Shown here piece after piece: positions 60,197 to 64,000 of a stretch of 64,000 nucleotides of DNA (the first letter of the stretch is position 1; the number at the start of each line of letters is the position of its first letter). This stretch comes from Pavona decussata (taxonomy: Eukaryota). The notes under the pieces are model-generated. The model was not told the origin of the DNA. It saw only the letters and a program-made list of their open reading frames with translations, and ran no database searches. The stretch covers positions 372,001-436,000 of the forward strand of contig CDRNST010000228.1 of the NCBI GenBank assembly GCA_977016875.1. Reading direction: 5' to 3'. The position numbers and the translations under genes are program-made.

Positions 60197-63100
60197 TATC
60201 TCCTTTGTCCATTTGCAGGGATCGTGGCAGTCATTGTGTTCACGCTTGGGTTCATAGGAATTAGCGATTATAGAAGTTCCACCGGTAAATAACAGCGTTA
60301 TTAACCAGTGTCAAAACCAGTGTTATCTAAACTTCAAAAAAAAAAATATCTAGCAGGTGTCCGATTGTTTGGAGAAAAGAAAGTCAACTTAACTGAGCTG
60401 TGATTTGAATGAAGCTTATCCAATACTCGAGTACACTTGACAGCCTCCTTGCTTTTAAAATCACTATGTAATACAAACATGGGATACGAGAGTTATTGAC
60501 CTTTCATGGGCGCGCGGATGTAATTATTTCCATATTTTACCCAGAAGTTTATTTTTTCTTCAAACTTGCGGGTGCTATGGAGAGATTCGCGGGGGAATAG
60601 TTTTGAAAATGACGAAATGCAAAAACGATGGGAAATATCACGGGTGCTCTAATGTTAGGTGAACCGTGATGCGGAATTCAATTGGTTCTTGATTTGTTGC
60701 TTTGAAATCAGTTTTGCTTGAGGTAAACAGTAAACAATGCAAAGGAAGAAGTTGAAAGTTCACCTAGAGTCGTAAGAAAGTTGTTCCAATTTGTTTCAAA
60801 TTTTAAAGAGACATTCTCTAACTAGAAGCAATGTTCGCATATTTAGATCTTCATCCCAGATCTTTTACATGGCTGCAAATTAATTGTCCCGCCCTAAAGG
60901 ATGTTTATATTTTGGTACCAATTCCTGACAAAAATGACATCCGAAAGGTGGAATTAAAGCAACAAACAAAACAATATTTCCAAGAGGAAAAAAAAAAAGA
61001 TTAATAAAAAAACAGTGGTTAAGGATGGGGTTAAAACTGTGATTTTAGTCTTCATCAATCGATCTGTTAAATAAAGAATCTCGCGGAATTAGCGCCGTTT
61101 GATTTAGAACCAGCAGCGGGTGGCAAACAAAAAATCTCACACGAAACTACTAAGTTTGTTTTTCTTCACCCTAAACACTGAGCTTGTCAAGGACGGGAAA
61201 ACTATGAAGAAGCCCGGTGACACAAAACCCAATCCAACACCAAAGGAAAAAAAAGGTGTGTCTGTCAATTTTGGTTGAACTACCACAATTCACACTGAAT
61301 TCGAAGCCAAGGGACCAGAAAGAATTAGAAAACAACCACGGTTGTTCTGCTCCATGTTTCGGGTTCAACGGTTTCCTAGTGAAGCGTTGGAAATCCAAAC
61401 CCATGAAGTAGCCGAGTCATGAGGACATTTCTAAACAGAACATTGCATCATTCAATCATCACGAGGGTCGGTCACTTGAAGAAAATGGGCCAGTTATTTA
61501 AACTTAGGCCGCGGCTTAAGCCAATCAGTGGGCATCCAAATCTATTTACAAGTGGTTTATTTTAAGTAGATAAATAGTTTTCTAGTCCGGGATGCAAGCC
61601 TTCTTGTCACCGTCGGCAGTAGACAATGTTTAGATATGATTGTTGGCAATTTGAAAATCGCTTAGGATGTGGTTTTGTTTAACACCGTCTAAACTGTCTT
61701 TTAATAACTGACCCAATGGATCTAACGGAGTGGAACGGAACCAACCTGTAATGAAACAGCGGTTTCAGCGCAACGAACGAATGGAAACGAATTTAGCAAA
61801 GAGATATTGTGAATAAAACAAGCGATTTCTTAAGCCGCTGGGCGCGCTTTTTGCGAGATAATGCCAGTCTTCTAAAAAAAAAAATACATATACTATCAAC
61901 TGCTAATCACCAAACAACATCCTGCTCCAAACCGCCAAAAAGAAAAGGGATTGTCCTGCATGTATATCAACAGTTTTGAAGAGGACTTCTCCAAGACATT
62001 TCTATAGGCCTGTTGCTTTCCGAATAGCTAGGATGTGGCCTCCAAGAGATGCACCCACCGAATGAACTCAGTTTCATGTATATTAAATACCATATGAGAT
62101 GGGACACAAAGGAAGATGTGAACCATTTCCCTACAAAGGCCATTTCTTGAGTTTACGATTAAAAGAGACGGCTCAAAAATGCAGCTATGGACATTTATTC
62201 ATCTCTAATACTAAAAGGGTGTAGTAAAACGTATGGTGTAAAAAAACGGTGCATGTATCAGTGTAAAAAAAGAAGACTGAAATAAGCATAAATTAAGCTA
62301 TAAGCTAAATGCAATGTACTTGACTAAATTCGGAACAATCCAATAACTTCTTTTCTAGGCATTTGATCGCCCTGAAAGTCCTATAGCGCCGGGGATTGGG
62401 GGGGGGGGGGGAGGTATGATGGAGTAGGGGGTAGGAGACAGATGACACTTTACACTAGTAATCTTTCCTATTCACTCGAATTGAAGATAGACACTGTGTG
62501 AGGTCATCGGACATGATAAAGCTGGGAGGTATGTGCTTTCCTGTTTTTTCCCTGGTCTGCGTTTTACATATATTCACGGTCGACGTGTAACGTGGTTCAA
62601 ATTGGGGGTCATGAGGGTGAATCTTTTCTACAACAAACATTCCTAACTAATTACATTCGCCTTCATGAGCATTCATTACAAACTCTATCATTTCAGTCGC
62701 AAGGATACGAAAAGGCGCCCTATCACTTGAGGATAGACCACATTTTTTTTTCAAACGAAAAGTGTCTCTCTCAACTATATATTACACATATTCACGCCGC
62801 AGGGAAAATCAGTTCGGTTCCCTGGTCGATTCTCGTAAACCTCGAGTCCGTTGAATTGGATCGTATTAAAAGCGCACAAACATGCGTAGCAACAGCTGCA
62901 GAGGTACAGGGGTGGTGTTCCCCTGACTCGATGACTCTTCATGGGTGATGTTAGCCGCGTATCAGGTACCTCATTCACCCCTGGTGATGCACACCTCATA
63001 ACTCGCAATACTAGCCATTGAACGCGGTCGCACCGCACGTAGTTCTTAGCATTCTGAAGGTGTTCTTTCGTGAGACGAAACAGGTGTAAGTGTAAGTGAA

Positions 63101-63563
63101 TGTCATGTAATTTCGATTGCAGTCATGCATTGTCTTCACTTTCACTATCAGACGTGAGCCAAGGGGAAGGATCTTCCTCGTACGTCTTTATTTCATCGTC
63201 AAGGAAGTGCTGTCCAGTGGACACGAACTGCGCAAATCTACAAAATTAAGAGCGGCGTCACGTCAGTTAACCATCGACCATTCCCACATCATGAGGAGGA
63301 GGTGGTGGAGGTGTTGTATCGTTCACAGCGCATGAAACACCGGTCGGTAAATGGACATTGTCCAAGCAAATTAACAAATAGCCCAGCAATTTCTAAATCT
63401 GCTGGGGCGTGGCGAAAATGACTTAGACTTTTGTCTCCGTGATGGTACTAAAAACAAGTTGCCTTGTTTCGCCATCTAACTTTTACACTGCTCCCCTGCA
63501 AAAAGCACTCTTGAGTAATTCCTGTACGCTCAGAAATCCGGAAAACGGTAAAGCTTACCGAGA

Positions 63564-63788
63564 AACAATACCAATGATTACACGAACTATCGCAAATTGT
63601 TCGCAAATTGTTGGTGATAAGATGCATTGTGTTGGCCGGCGGATTGTGTCAAAGCTAAAAAGTGTAAGATGACGAATATTATAACAATACCAATGATTAC
63701 ACGAACTATCGCAAATTGTTGGTGATAAAGCACATTGTGTATGGCAGCGGATTGTCTCAAAGCTAAAAGGTGTAAGATGGCGAATATC
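63564..63788. repeat. 108-bp tandem duplication, one copy with an extra 11-bp duplication
   Basis: AACAATACCAATGATTACACGAACTATCGCAAATTGTT starts at 63564 and 63683; CGCAAATTGTT is doubled in the first copy. Confidence 0.85.
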
Positions 63789-64000
63789 CTAGCTACCAAA
63801 ACAAAAGATGAACTCACATACCCTGTTAAGCAAAAAAACAAAAACAAAACAAAACAAAACAAAAAAAACAACAACAACAAAACAAACAAACAATGCATTC
63901 TTAGATTTTCTGCCTCAGTGCATCATACCTGGTAGGATGTTTTAGTCGACTAATAACGCGCCAGGCGTTACACTCGGGACTGTTACAATATTCTCTAAGA

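Noticed and set aside
1-64000. CRISPR array or prokaryotic operon/defence system
   Set aside because: No repeat-spacer array; spliceosomal introns and metazoan transposons show the DNA is eukaryotic.

Overview
Eukaryotic genomic DNA from a cnidarian; the minicollagen genes fix the phylum, and the repeat content suggests a stony coral. There are two N gaps. Host genes built from splice sites and frame: a two-exon clan-3 cytochrome P450 (8413-10964,+), two long-collagen-domain nematocyst minicollagens (36461-39532,- and 57406-59977,-), and two paralogous small secreted proteins that the ORF track does not show (27685-34756,+ and 43751->45574,-). These two share exon sizes, intron phases and motifs. 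Their motif register and phase-1/phase-0 introns match the IL-1/FGF beta-trefoil cytokine superfamily, which is the main discovery candidate. Mobile DNA: an intact Penelope-like retroelement with hammerhead ribozymes in its pLTRs and an inverted partial copy, two more hammerhead motifs, CR1/L2-type LINE copies (one 5'-inverted), a decayed BEL/Pao element, several MITEs, tRNA-derived repeats, and a family of terminal-hairpin/asymmetric-inverted-repeat (Crypton-like) elements. One of the latter, 9.7 kb with nested insertions, sits exactly on the P450 stop codon. All gene models and family calls were made by eye; no database searches were run.
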